Notes under the pieces: generated by a model
The model's database searches: none
Seen by the model: the letters and a program-made list of their open reading frames with translations, nothing else
What the model was told of the DNA's origin: nothing
Assembly (NCBI GenBank): GCA_051819685.1
Contig: JBNJGI010000003.1
Location: 1-59,150, forward strand
Direction: 5' to 3'
DNA length: 59,150 nt
Origin: Nanobdellota archaeon
GTDB taxonomy: Archaea; Nanobdellota; Nanobdellia; Woesearchaeales; DATGWN01
Shown here: piece after piece, positions 9,899 through 19,773 of the stretch
How the letters are laid out: every line of letters begins with the position of its first letter
Position numbering within the stretch: position 1 is the first letter of the stretch
Position numbers and translations under genes: made by a program

Positions 9899-11016
9899 TT
9901 TAATAAATCCTCATATAATTTGATTAATTTCTTTTCTTCATTTTCCCAATTATAATTTTTTAAAGCCTTAAATGAATTTGAAGAGTACAGATTATAGTTA
10001 TAATTGATCTTTTTAAAAGCTTTTTGAATTTCTTCAGAATTAATTTTATCTAAAGCAAATCCTAAATTATTTTCATCTATATATTTTTTCATAAAAGGAT
10101 TAAAACTAGTTCCTATTATCGGTAATTTCGCCATAGAGTATTCCATTAGCTTTGTTGATATCCCATCTCTTCTTTTAGGAGTGTTATGGAATAATACTAA
10201 TCCAACCTTTGCTTTTGAAATTTCATTTAGCACCTTTGAATATGGTAAATTTTCAATTAAATCTATATTTAACTTATTTTTTTTTATTATAGACTTTAAT
10301 TTTCTCCTTTCTTCAATTAAACCTGATAATATTAAAAGAATACTATAAGGAGTTTTTTTAGAAAGTTCTAAAATATCATAAATACCTCTTGATTTATTAG
10401 TAGTACCACAATATACAAAATCATATTTTTTGTTTTTAACTATTTTTTTTCTTATTCGAGGGAAATTAGATATACAATGAATATTTTTTTTATATCTATT
10501 AAATTTTTTTTTGTGGTGTTCTACTACTACCAGTATAGTATCGGTAAAAAAAACAAAAAATTTTTCATAAATATGTGCTACTTTAGACAAAATGAATCTT
10601 TTAAAATTACTCATATAATCTGTTTCATTAATCATTTTAATGAAGTCTTCATGCATATCATATATTACTTTTCCTCTTTTTATTAATTTTAAATAAGGAG
10701 TTAATATTAAATCCTCGAAGTCATGTATATGATATACTCTGCTTTTAACTTTTCTTAAAATTTTAAATAATTTAATAATAGAACCTAAGATTTGTTGTTG
10801 ATTACCTTTTATTCCATAAATCACATAATTTTTTCCTTTTATTATTTCTTCTTTATCATTATTTATTGCCAATATTAGAACATTTAAATTTAATTTATTA
10901 ATTAAACTCATAGTTTCTTTATGAAAAATTCTATGATCCTTTAAAGGGTGTCTGGAAGAGACCATACAAACATCATATTTTTTATTTAAAAATTCTTTTC
11001 CCTTCATTGATTTCAC
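9895..11016 (-). CDS. Glycosyltransferase (GT-B, GT4-like)
   Basis: 373 aa. The C-terminal region ...DGISTKLMEYSMAKLPIIGT resembles the GT4 E-x7-E region. Embedded in the operon. Confidence 0.6.
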   Translation of the reverse strand: MKSMKGKEFLNKKYDVCMVSSRHPLKDHRIFHKETMSLINKLNLNVLILAINNDKEEIIKGKNYVIYGIKGNQQQILGSIIKLFKILRKVKSRVYHIHDFEDLILTPYLKLIKRGKVIYDMHEDFIKMINETDYMSNFKRFILSKVAHIYEKFFVFFTDTILVVVEHHKKKFNRYKKNIHCISNFPRIRKKIVKNKKYDFVYCGTTNKSRGIYDILELSKKTPYSILLILSGLIEERRKLKSIIKKNKLNIDLIENLPYSKVLNEISKAKVGLVLFHNTPKRRDGISTKLMEYSMAKLPIIGTSFNPFMKKYIDENNLGFALDKINSEEIQKAFKKINYNYNLYSSNSFKALKNYNWENEEKKLIKLYEDLLK

Positions 11017-11981
11017 CGATAATTATTTTTATTTTTTAATATTAATTGTATCAGCATACCTAATCCAAACATGATGTAAATTTCTAGGAATACAAATATG
11101 TTTATAAAAAAAAGAGATATTTTTTTTAAGCTAAAAAAAAGTATAAGAATAAAATAAAGAGCTAAAGGAATTATCATCAACATATCTATTAGTAACAAAA
11201 GGGGTAATAAAATTACATATATTATAAATAACAAAGGAATTAAATGAATTTTTTTTTTTATTCCATGTTTTTGAATCATTTTCATTCTTGCAACCCCATA
11301 ATTATACATCTGTTTTAAAAATGACTTTGGAGATGATCTAGGATAATATGTCGACTTAATTTTTGGATCAAATAGTAATTTTTTCCCACTAGAAATTATT
11401 CTTAGATTAAATTCCCCGTCTTGACCTATTGTAAAATCAGGATTAAATTTTCCAATTTCTTTAATTATATATTTTTTATATAAACCAAATACAACTGTTT
11501 GTGTAAATTGTTTTTTGTTTGAATATCTAAATGATGAGGTACCTCCACCTGCAATAGTACTTGTTACAAAACTTACAGATTTGGTGAATTTGTTTGCATT
11601 AGTTAAATTATCATTTAACCTTCCACCGACACCAACAACATCTTCTGGTTGTTTTATCAAAGTTTCATAATTGTTTCTTAAAAAATCTTTAGGAACTTTA
11701 GAATGTGCCCCTAAAATCATAAAATAATCACCCATACTTTTTTCTAATCCTATATTTAATGCATAAGGGGTTTTTCTTTTAGGATTATCTAATAATTTTA
11801 TTTTATTATGTTTTTTCATATAATTTGAAACTATTGTTTTAGTTTTATCTTCTGAATTTCCATCAACAACAAGTATTTCAAATTCTTCTTTTATATCTTG
11901 ATTTAGTAGATTTTTTAATAACCCTTCAATAAATTTTTCTTCATTAAAAGTAGGAATTATTACACTAACTAAAGGTTTCAT
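11013..11981 (-). CDS. Glycosyltransferase family 2 with C-terminal transmembrane segments
   Basis: VSVIIPTFNEEKFI and a DGNSED (DxD-like) motif. Hydrophobic C-terminal tail. Confidence 0.8.
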   Translation of the reverse strand: MKPLVSVIIPTFNEEKFIEGLLKNLLNQDIKEEFEILVVDGNSEDKTKTIVSNYMKKHNKIKLLDNPKRKTPYALNIGLEKSMGDYFMILGAHSKVPKDFLRNNYETLIKQPEDVVGVGGRLNDNLTNANKFTKSVSFVTSTIAGGGTSSFRYSNKKQFTQTVVFGLYKKYIIKEIGKFNPDFTIGQDGEFNLRIISSGKKLLFDPKIKSTYYPRSSPKSFLKQMYNYGVARMKMIQKHGIKKKIHLIPLLFIIYVILLPLLLLIDMLMIIPLALYFILILFFSLKKISLFFINIFVFLEIYIMFGLGMLIQLILKNKNNYR

Positions 11982-13072
11982 TCAAAACCCTCCAAAACTT
12001 GTTTGTAATCTACATCTGGATAGATTGGAATGCTAAAAACTGTTCTACTTGTTTTTTCTGAAATTGGTAAATCCCCTTCTTGATATCCTAGGTATTTGAA
12101 GCATTCTTGTAAATGAAGAGGTATTGGATAATAAATCCCACAAGAAATATTTTTGTTTTTTAATTTTTGAATTATCTCGTCTCTTTCTTTTTCGTTTTTT
12201 GCTAATAGGGCATATTGATGATATATGTGTTTTATATTCTCAGTTTCAAATGGTGTTTTAAATTTATCTTTAAGTTTGTTAGTGTATTCTTTTGCTATTT
12301 TAATTCTTTTATTATTCCATTCATCAAGATACTTTAGCTTAACCCGTAACACTGCTGCTTGAATTGCATCTAATCTTGAATTAAAACCCACAAATTCATG
12401 ATGATATTTTTTCTTTGAACCATGAACTCTTGCCTTTTTTAAAAAATCAGCTAAATTATCATCATTAGTGACAACTAATCCACCATCACCCATACCTCCG
12501 AGATTTTTTGTTGGAAAAAAACTAAAGCAACCAAAATCACCAATAGTTCCAACTTTTTTTCCTTGGTATTCTGAACCTATTGCTTGACATGCATCTTCAA
12601 TAATTTTCAAATTATGTTTTTTTGCTATCTTTAAAATTGCAGTCATATCACAAGATTGACCGAAAATATGAACAGGCATTATTGCTTTTGTATTTTTAGT
12701 TATTTTTTCTTCTATTAAATCAGGATTTATATTGTATGTATCTTTATCTATATCAACAAAAACTGGTTTTGCACCTAATCTTGCAATTGAACCTGCTGTT
12801 GCAAAGAATGTAAAAGGTGTTGTTATTACTTCATCTCCTGGTTCTACTCCTGATGCCATAAGAGAGAGTAATAGAGCATCACTTCCTGAAGCACAACTTA
12901 TTGCATGTTTTACAGAAAGATACTTTGCAATCTGTTCTTCAAATTCTTTTACTTCATTTCCTAAGATAAAACTGCTTGAATCTATAACAGAATTTATATT
13001 ATTCATAATTTCTTCTTTTATTGGTGTTATTTGTTTTTTTAGATCTAAAAAAGGTACTGCCATATTCATCAC
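11978..13072 (-). CDS. DegT/DnrJ/EryC1-family PLP aminotransferase (WbpE-like, UDP-3-oxo-sugar aminotransferase)
   Basis: FILGNEVKEFE...SCASGSDALLL...TTPFTFFAT...FFPTKNLG pattern of the DegT family. Confidence 0.85.
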   Translation of the reverse strand: MMNMAVPFLDLKKQITPIKEEIMNNINSVIDSSSFILGNEVKEFEEQIAKYLSVKHAISCASGSDALLLSLMASGVEPGDEVITTPFTFFATAGSIARLGAKPVFVDIDKDTYNINPDLIEEKITKNTKAIMPVHIFGQSCDMTAILKIAKKHNLKIIEDACQAIGSEYQGKKVGTIGDFGCFSFFPTKNLGGMGDGGLVVTNDDNLADFLKKARVHGSKKKYHHEFVGFNSRLDAIQAAVLRVKLKYLDEWNNKRIKIAKEYTNKLKDKFKTPFETENIKHIYHQYALLAKNEKERDEIIQKLKNKNISCGIYYPIPLHLQECFKYLGYQEGDLPISEKTSRTVFSIPIYPDVDYKQVLEGFE

Positions 13073-13779
13073 TCTTGATTTTCTAATAATTGTTCATCAG
13101 GAACATCTTTAACTACTTTTGCAGGTATTCCCATAACTATTTTCTTTGCAGGTACATCTTTTGTTACAACAGAACCTGCTGCTACAAAACCATCTTCATT
13201 AATTGTTATTCCAGGAAGAACTACTGCTGCTACACCAATTCTTGCACCTTTTTTTGCAGTTAAACCTTTGTATTTTGAAAATCTTTCTTTTGTTCTTGCT
13301 GCAAATGAGTCATTTGAGGTTATTACACCAGGGCTTATGAAAACATCGTCTTCAATTGTTGAATAGGGAACAATTTGTACATTTGATTGAATTTTACACC
13401 TATTACCTATTGTAACTTTATTTTCTATTGTGGTATTTTTCCCAATTATGCAATTTGCCCCAATTTCTACATTTTCTCTTACTGATGCCTGATCTGCAAT
13501 CATTGTATTTTTTCCAATCTTAGATCCTGCATATAGTATAACACTAGTTCCAATTATTGAATCATTCTCAATAATACAAATTTCTTGTTTTTCATTAGAA
13601 TTAGAGGTTGTTGCAGAAATTTTTGCTTTCATTGGTTTTTTCCCAATTACTGTAAAGTCATCAATTCTAACATTGTCTTTAATAACTACATTGTCATGTA
13701 TTACTACATAATTTCCTATAGTTACATTTTGACCTATTTTTACATTTTTTCCAACAACATAGTTTTTTTCATTAATCAT
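13069..13779 (-). CDS. Left-handed beta-helix (hexapeptide) N-acetyltransferase, WbpD-like
   Basis: Repeated [LIV]-G-x4 hexapeptides occur throughout. Lies between aminotransferase and oxidoreductase genes. Confidence 0.75.
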   Translation of the reverse strand: MINEKNYVVGKNVKIGQNVTIGNYVVIHDNVVIKDNVRIDDFTVIGKKPMKAKISATTSNSNEKQEICIIENDSIIGTSVILYAGSKIGKNTMIADQASVRENVEIGANCIIGKNTTIENKVTIGNRCKIQSNVQIVPYSTIEDDVFISPGVITSNDSFAARTKERFSKYKGLTAKKGARIGVAAVVLPGITINEDGFVAAGSVVTKDVPAKKIVMGIPAKVVKDVPDEQLLENQE

Positions 13780-13790
13780 TTTTTAAAATT

Positions 13791-14753
13791 TTAAAGTAAA
13801 TTTAGTGCTTTAGGATGAACTTTATCTTTTTCTATTTCTGAAATATGTATTGTTCTTATATCATGAACAATTTTTATTGATGGAAGAGCATCACTTATTC
13901 TAAATCCTTTTCCTTCAAGCAAGGTTTTTTCATACACTTCTGTATGAAGATCAGTAAAGCCATTTGAAAACTCTAATTCTTCACCATTAATTTTTATTGA
14001 TCTAAAAGGCTTATTTTCTTCTTTATTTATTTCAGGAAGATCATTTCTGTCTAATGAAAGATACCACCTAACTTTTGCATGTTTTAGCTCTATATAACCT
14101 GACATTTTTTGTTCTTCTTTTAAGAATACTTTTTGAGATTCAACTTCTCCAAAAATCCAAGTTAACATGTCAAAGAAATGGATTCCTATATTTGTTGCAA
14201 CACCACCTGATTTTGAGATATCGCCTTTCCAAGAATGAAAATACCAATTTCCTCTCGGAGTTATATATGTAAGGTCAATATCTATTTTTTCATTATCTCC
14301 AAATTTTTCAATAGGATATTTCTCTTTTAATGATTTTATTGTTGGATGATATCTTAATTGTAAAACTGTATAAACTTTTTTTCCTGTTTCTTTTTCTAAT
14401 TCCATAATATTTTCAATGTTTCTGGGATTTAGAACAATTGGTTTTTCACAGATTACATTTGCACCAATCCTTAATCCAAATCTTATATGAGAATCATGAA
14501 GATAATTAGGTGAACATATTGAAACCCAATCAACTTTTTTAGTTTCATCTCGTTTTATTTTCTCACAATGCCTGTCAAACCTTTCAAATTCTGTGAAAAA
14601 TTTAACATCTCTTGAAAATTTATCAAGAATTCCTACAGAATCATGTATATCTAATGCTACAACTAATTCGTTATTAGTTTCCTTTATGGCTTTTAAATGC
14701 CTAGGAGCTATATAGCCGCCACAACCTATTAATGCAAATTTTTGTTTTTCCAT
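13791..14753 (-). CDS. Gfo/Idh/MocA-family oxidoreductase, WbpB-like
   Basis: N-terminal Rossmann motif FALIGCGGYIAPRHLKAI, then EKP. 320 aa. Confidence 0.75.
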   Translation of the reverse strand: MEKQKFALIGCGGYIAPRHLKAIKETNNELVVALDIHDSVGILDKFSRDVKFFTEFERFDRHCEKIKRDETKKVDWVSICSPNYLHDSHIRFGLRIGANVICEKPIVLNPRNIENIMELEKETGKKVYTVLQLRYHPTIKSLKEKYPIEKFGDNEKIDIDLTYITPRGNWYFHSWKGDISKSGGVATNIGIHFFDMLTWIFGEVESQKVFLKEEQKMSGYIELKHAKVRWYLSLDRNDLPEINKEENKPFRSIKINGEELEFSNGFTDLHTEVYEKTLLEGKGFRISDALPSIKIVHDIRTIHISEIEKDKVHPKALNLL

Positions 14754-14755
14754 TT

Positions 14756-15985
14756 TTATCTTACCCCAATGCCTCTATATACTGTTTTTTTGAATTTATT
14801 TTTATCTAAGCAGTTTCTTCCATCTACTACTAATTTAACACCTTCATATAGTTCTTCATTTAAGAATTCTTTGTGTGATGTTGCAATTATTACACAAACT
14901 GCATCTTTTAATGCTTCATCAAGTGATTTTGCAGAGGATTTATTTAATAGTAAAGGATCATATGTTACAATATCTGCTTTTTTGTTATTAAGAATTTTAA
15001 TTATTTCATAACTAGGAGACTCTCTATCATCTGCAACATTTGCTTTATAAGAAAGCCCTAAAACAACTATTTTTGTTTTGTTTATAGGATATCCTAAGTC
15101 ATTTAATTTATTTTGAACTACTTTTACTGTGTATCTAGGCATTTCAGAATTTATTTTCCTTGCCTGAATTAAGAAATTATGATCGAAACCTGCTTCTTTC
15201 CCTCTTTGTATCATGTAATAAGGATCTATAGCAATACAATGGCCACCAACCCCACAACCGGGATAATGGGGAAGAAATCCAAATGGTTTTGAAGATGCAC
15301 CTTTTATTACTTCTTTTATGTCTATTCCTATTCTATAAAAGGATTGTGCCATTTCATTTATGAAGGCTATATTTACATCTCTAAAGGTATTTTCAAGGAT
15401 TTTAGTAGCTTCAGCTGCTTTTATTTGTGAAAGACCAGTTATTTTTGCATCAATTATTGATTCATATAATTCTACTGCTTTTTTTGTTGACTCAGCGTTT
15501 ATTCCACCAACAACTCTTGGTATGTTTGATACGTTCCATTTATTATCACCAGGGTTGATTCTTTCAGGACAGTGTGCTAGTAAAAATTTTTTATTTGATT
15601 TTTTTAGAATTGGTTCAACAACATCTTCACAAACACCAGGATTTATTGTTGATTCTATTATAACTAATTGATTGTCATCTAATATTTCTTCTACTTCTTC
15701 TGTTGCATTTTTTACTAGTGTTAAGTCAGGTTCTTTATTTCCATTAACAGGAGTTGGAACACATATAATGTATGCATCAGAAGAGCAGGGCTTGGTTTTT
15801 GCAGTGATTTTTGTTTGAGTAAATAACTTGTTTAAGAATTCCTCATTTATATGAGACATTCCATTGTTAGTTTTTTCAATAATATCTTGTTTTTTATCAA
15901 CACCCGTTATTTCATGACCTTTAAATGATGCTTGCATTGCTAATGGTAATCCGACATAACCTAAACCAATAACGCATATTTTCAT
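14756..15985 (-). CDS. UDP-N-acetyl-D-glucosamine/mannosamine 6-dehydrogenase (nucleotide-sugar dehydrogenase, WbpA/WecC-like)
   Basis: MKICVIGLGYVGLPLA NAD-binding motif, GGHCI catalytic-Cys region, 409 aa. Confidence 0.85.
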   Translation of the reverse strand: MKICVIGLGYVGLPLAMQASFKGHEITGVDKKQDIIEKTNNGMSHINEEFLNKLFTQTKITAKTKPCSSDAYIICVPTPVNGNKEPDLTLVKNATEEVEEILDDNQLVIIESTINPGVCEDVVEPILKKSNKKFLLAHCPERINPGDNKWNVSNIPRVVGGINAESTKKAVELYESIIDAKITGLSQIKAAEATKILENTFRDVNIAFINEMAQSFYRIGIDIKEVIKGASSKPFGFLPHYPGCGVGGHCIAIDPYYMIQRGKEAGFDHNFLIQARKINSEMPRYTVKVVQNKLNDLGYPINKTKIVVLGLSYKANVADDRESPSYEIIKILNNKKADIVTYDPLLLNKSSAKSLDEALKDAVCVIIATSHKEFLNEELYEGVKLVVDGRNCLDKNKFKKTVYRGIGVR

Positions 15986-15986
15986 T

Positions 15987-18815
15987 TTAATTCACTGTAT
16001 CCCAATCAACCTTCCAGGTCTTTATATTTAATCCAGTAATGTCAGTCCTATCATCAAACTCATTGAAATATCTACCACCATCATCAAGATAGAACAATCT
16101 TGTGAACATGCTTTCAGCTACAACAGGAGAAGCGTACATAATATTTTTTCCTTTTATTATCACTGAAATTTGAGAATCTTCATCTTTATTTATAACCTTA
16201 TATTCAGTATTGTTGCCTTCTTTTTCAAGGTATACAATAGAATTAGGTTCAGTATTTCCTCTCTGTGTTCTTACTGTCACTTCCGGAACATTTCCTGAAT
16301 TATCGATTATGGCACCATTACCACATTCTAAAGTTTTGTTTCCTTTGCTTTTACAAGAAGTCATCGGAGTCATATATCCTGGCCATCCTGCAATCCATGA
16401 ATTTCCTTGTTCTTGATTCATATTATTAAGTTTAAGGTATAGCGGTTCTGCTTCTCTTTCATTTACATAACCTTCTTCAATAAGCTTTTCAATAGCTTTA
16501 TTTTCAGAGTTTTTATTCACGATTTCCCATATTTTCGCTTTTGTAAAATTCCATAATCCGAAATGTGCCCACACTGATGTCTTTCCGTTACAGGAATTCC
16601 CTCTTTGCATACATCCCATGTCTTCGGATGTTATTACAAAGCTTTCTGGGGCGGAACAATGTGTACTTTGAATTATATCACTCACATTATTTTTTAAAGG
16701 ATTTTCTTTTTGTAATAAGTTTTCAGCTTCTTCTTTATCCAGATTAACAAGTTTATCTACAATATTTTTTGAATAAAGAGAATCGTTCGTAAGTTCATAC
16801 ACTTGTTCATAAGCTCCATTTGAATCACAGTTAAGCATTCTTAGTATTCCTGCACTTTCTCTTAAATCATCAGATAAAAACAACTTACCAAGCCAATGTG
16901 ATTGCGGTCTGTTCTGGTGCGCTCCATCGGCAGTAGCTCCTCTGTCAGCGACTGTTATAAACTGATGACCAAAGTCCCACCAGGAACTTATGATTGCATC
17001 TTTTTCAGATTGATTTTTGATTTTAGTTAGTGCGGAATGCCAGTCATCATTCATTGAAGGTACTTCATTCAAAGCTACTTTTCTTGCTCTGTCAACAAAA
17101 ATCCCATCAAATCCTACTGAGAGCACAGGTTGTGTTCCGATTGTTATTAAAAGAAGCAAAACTATGAGAAAAATATATGTAGCTTTATAGCTTACTTTAA
17201 GATATTCTTTGCATATTTCTGATAAAAGGTTTATTCCAAGTCCGAAAAAAGCGCCGAATATTATACCTGCAGGTATTATGATCATGAACATGAATCTTAT
17301 ACCTTTTAGTGTTGCATAGCTTGTAGCTAAAATCCATACTGCTAAAAATACTGCTGTCGCAATTCCATATATGAAATGATTAAAATCTTTCTTATCTTTT
17401 TTAAGCTTGATACCATTCTTGAAGAAATCTTTAATCCTTTCGTTTGTTAAGAATTCCTTGAATATTATCATTGCCAAACCTAAAAATATGAAAAAGATGA
17501 ATATTTTTCCTGCATTCATCGAATTATTACCTATAGCTGAAATAATCTTATTTATACTTCCAGGATTAAGCTCTGCTACTGTGGTAAATACATTCGGCCA
17601 TAATTGGTTTTTTACTGCATTCTGTAAACCTGATACTGAAAGAAATGAGAACATTTTTTCAAATATCACAAAAAATCCTTTTCCGAAAATATACAAGAAA
17701 GATGAAGCGGTTATCAATAGAAGACCGAATATTGATACGGATCCTATGATTTTCTTTTTTACGATTTTGCTATTTTCTTTTAAGAATTTGTATTTTTTAG
17801 ATAGTAAAGGTTTTATTATGATTATTAACATAAAAAGTCCAAAGTATCCTAAGACAAAGTAAAGCATGTACCACCAGCCACCCCATGCAGTGCTGTAAAG
17901 AGCTATCGATAAAGCTGAAAGTAATGTGAATATCATAGATATTATAATATTCTTTTTGGTTTTTATTGAATCAAAATATTTTACAAGAAATTTCAAAGCC
18001 ATTATTGAAAAATAAGCTATTAAAAGAGGAAATAATACATTGTAGATATCTGTGTCGGAAAATCCTGCAACAGTTCTTGATATTAATGAGTTGTGGAAGA
18101 GTATGTAAGTAGATGTCATAATTCCCCCTATATTTCCTCCAAGTTCTTTTCCTATAAGGAATGCAGGTATTACTGAAAGTATTGCAAATAATACTGGTAT
18201 GTAAAAGAATACATTTAATGGAGTTAAATTATTATTGAAAAAATTAGCTATCTTATAAGCGGTCAAAGAAGATACTATGTGAAAATCATTTTTCAGATGA
18301 GTTACATCGGTTTCAGTAGGAGCAAGCATGTCATCTGTATAGGATTTTCCATCTTTATCATATTCTCCAGGCGTTCCTGTTTCAATCATGTTTTCATAGA
18401 ATCTGTAATAATAATAAGGGTCTATGGCTAGGAGATATGTCTGACCATTATCATTCTTGAATTCTTTTTTATAATTCTGAGCTAATTTATCTACTTGTTT
18501 TTCAAGCTCTCCTGAGTTTTGGTCAAAGAATTTTCCCATCTGTTCTTTTACCATCATTTCTTTGTTTTGTTTAGGCAATAAAGGATTTTCAGATTCTATT
18601 CGCGATCTTACTTGCTGTTCAAGATTTGAAGATATTGTACTTTTTGCCCATTGTTCTGTTATAGGCAGATCTGAAGGATAGCTTCTTATGTTTGTGCTTA
18701 TTATAGCTATTATTATTATCAATAACAATGGAAGTATGTAATTTGTGAAAGCTTTAGATGTGAATATATTTTTTAATACATTAATACCTTTTTTTTTGTT
18801 ATTTTTTTTACTCAT
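15987..18815 (-). CDS. aglB: Archaeal oligosaccharyltransferase AglB (STT3 family)
   Basis: 942 aa with a multi-TM N-terminal half. Has the signature WWDFGHQ (WWDYG motif) and a soluble C-terminal domain. Confidence 0.9.
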   Translation of the reverse strand: MSKKNNKKKGINVLKNIFTSKAFTNYILPLLLIIIIAIISTNIRSYPSDLPITEQWAKSTISSNLEQQVRSRIESENPLLPKQNKEMMVKEQMGKFFDQNSGELEKQVDKLAQNYKKEFKNDNGQTYLLAIDPYYYYRFYENMIETGTPGEYDKDGKSYTDDMLAPTETDVTHLKNDFHIVSSLTAYKIANFFNNNLTPLNVFFYIPVLFAILSVIPAFLIGKELGGNIGGIMTSTYILFHNSLISRTVAGFSDTDIYNVLFPLLIAYFSIMALKFLVKYFDSIKTKKNIIISMIFTLLSALSIALYSTAWGGWWYMLYFVLGYFGLFMLIIIIKPLLSKKYKFLKENSKIVKKKIIGSVSIFGLLLITASSFLYIFGKGFFVIFEKMFSFLSVSGLQNAVKNQLWPNVFTTVAELNPGSINKIISAIGNNSMNAGKIFIFFIFLGLAMIIFKEFLTNERIKDFFKNGIKLKKDKKDFNHFIYGIATAVFLAVWILATSYATLKGIRFMFMIIIPAGIIFGAFFGLGINLLSEICKEYLKVSYKATYIFLIVLLLLITIGTQPVLSVGFDGIFVDRARKVALNEVPSMNDDWHSALTKIKNQSEKDAIISSWWDFGHQFITVADRGATADGAHQNRPQSHWLGKLFLSDDLRESAGILRMLNCDSNGAYEQVYELTNDSLYSKNIVDKLVNLDKEEAENLLQKENPLKNNVSDIIQSTHCSAPESFVITSEDMGCMQRGNSCNGKTSVWAHFGLWNFTKAKIWEIVNKNSENKAIEKLIEEGYVNEREAEPLYLKLNNMNQEQGNSWIAGWPGYMTPMTSCKSKGNKTLECGNGAIIDNSGNVPEVTVRTQRGNTEPNSIVYLEKEGNNTEYKVINKDEDSQISVIIKGKNIMYASPVVAESMFTRLFYLDDGGRYFNEFDDRTDITGLNIKTWKVDWDTVN

Positions 18816-18858
18816 AACAACACCTTTCTTATTTGCTGAATTCAGGTAATTTATAAAG

Positions 18859-19773
18859 TTATTTATACATTTCCCTGCATTCTTTTATAATTTCATTTTT
18901 GTCTATTTTGTATTTTTTAAGTAATTCTTCTGGAGTGCCGGATTCTCCAAATGTGTCTTGAATTCCTATTATTTTTATAGGTATTTTTGTTTCAGATAAA
19001 AGCTCTGCTACTGCACTTCCTAATCCTCCTGCTTTTTGGTGTTCTTCAACTGTTATTATTTTTCCTGTTTTTTTTGCTGATTTTAAGATTGTTTTTTTAT
19101 CTAATGGCTTTATTGTATGGCAATTTATTATTTCAGTGGAGATTCCTTCTTTTTTTAATTCTTCAGCAGCTTTTAGGGCTTCATGTAAACAGATCCCACA
19201 TGATATTATTGTTAGATTCTTACCAGTTTTTAGTTTGTATGCTTTTCCCAATTGTATTTTACTTTTATTTGATATTATCGGAAATTTATGTCTGCTTGTT
19301 CTTATGTAAACAGGGCCTTTTTCTTTAGCTATTTGTTTTGTTAATTCTTCTGCTTCCTGAGAATCTGAAGGTACAACCACTTTTAGATTTGGTAAAACTC
19401 TTGTTATTGCTATGTCTTCAAGAGCCTGATGTGTTGCTCCATCTTTACCTACTGTCAATCCAGCATGAGATCCATGAATTTTGACATTTAAGTTTGAATA
19501 ACATATGCTTACTCTTAATTGATCCCAGTTTCTTCCAGGGGAAAATACTGCAAAAGAATTTACAAAAGGTGTTTTTCCTAATGAAGCTATTCCTGCTGCT
19601 ACACACATCATATTTTGTTCAGAGATTCCACATTGAATAAATCTTCGAGGATATTTTTCTGCAAAGTATTGGGTTCTTGTCGATGATTTAAGGTCTGCTG
19701 TTAAAGCATATATTTTATTATTTTTTCCTGCTTCTAAAAGCCCTTTTCCGTATCCATCTCTTATGCTTTCCAT
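18859..19773 (-). CDS. Transketolase, C-terminal (pyrimidine-binding) subunit
   Basis: 304 aa. ...RFIQCGISEQNMM...NLKVVVPSD... is typical of split archaeal transketolase. Confidence 0.9.
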   Translation of the reverse strand: MESIRDGYGKGLLEAGKNNKIYALTADLKSSTRTQYFAEKYPRRFIQCGISEQNMMCVAAGIASLGKTPFVNSFAVFSPGRNWDQLRVSICYSNLNVKIHGSHAGLTVGKDGATHQALEDIAITRVLPNLKVVVPSDSQEAEELTKQIAKEKGPVYIRTSRHKFPIISNKSKIQLGKAYKLKTGKNLTIISCGICLHEALKAAEELKKEGISTEIINCHTIKPLDKKTILKSAKKTGKIITVEEHQKAGGLGSAVAELLSETKIPIKIIGIQDTFGESGTPEELLKKYKIDKNEIIKECREMYK

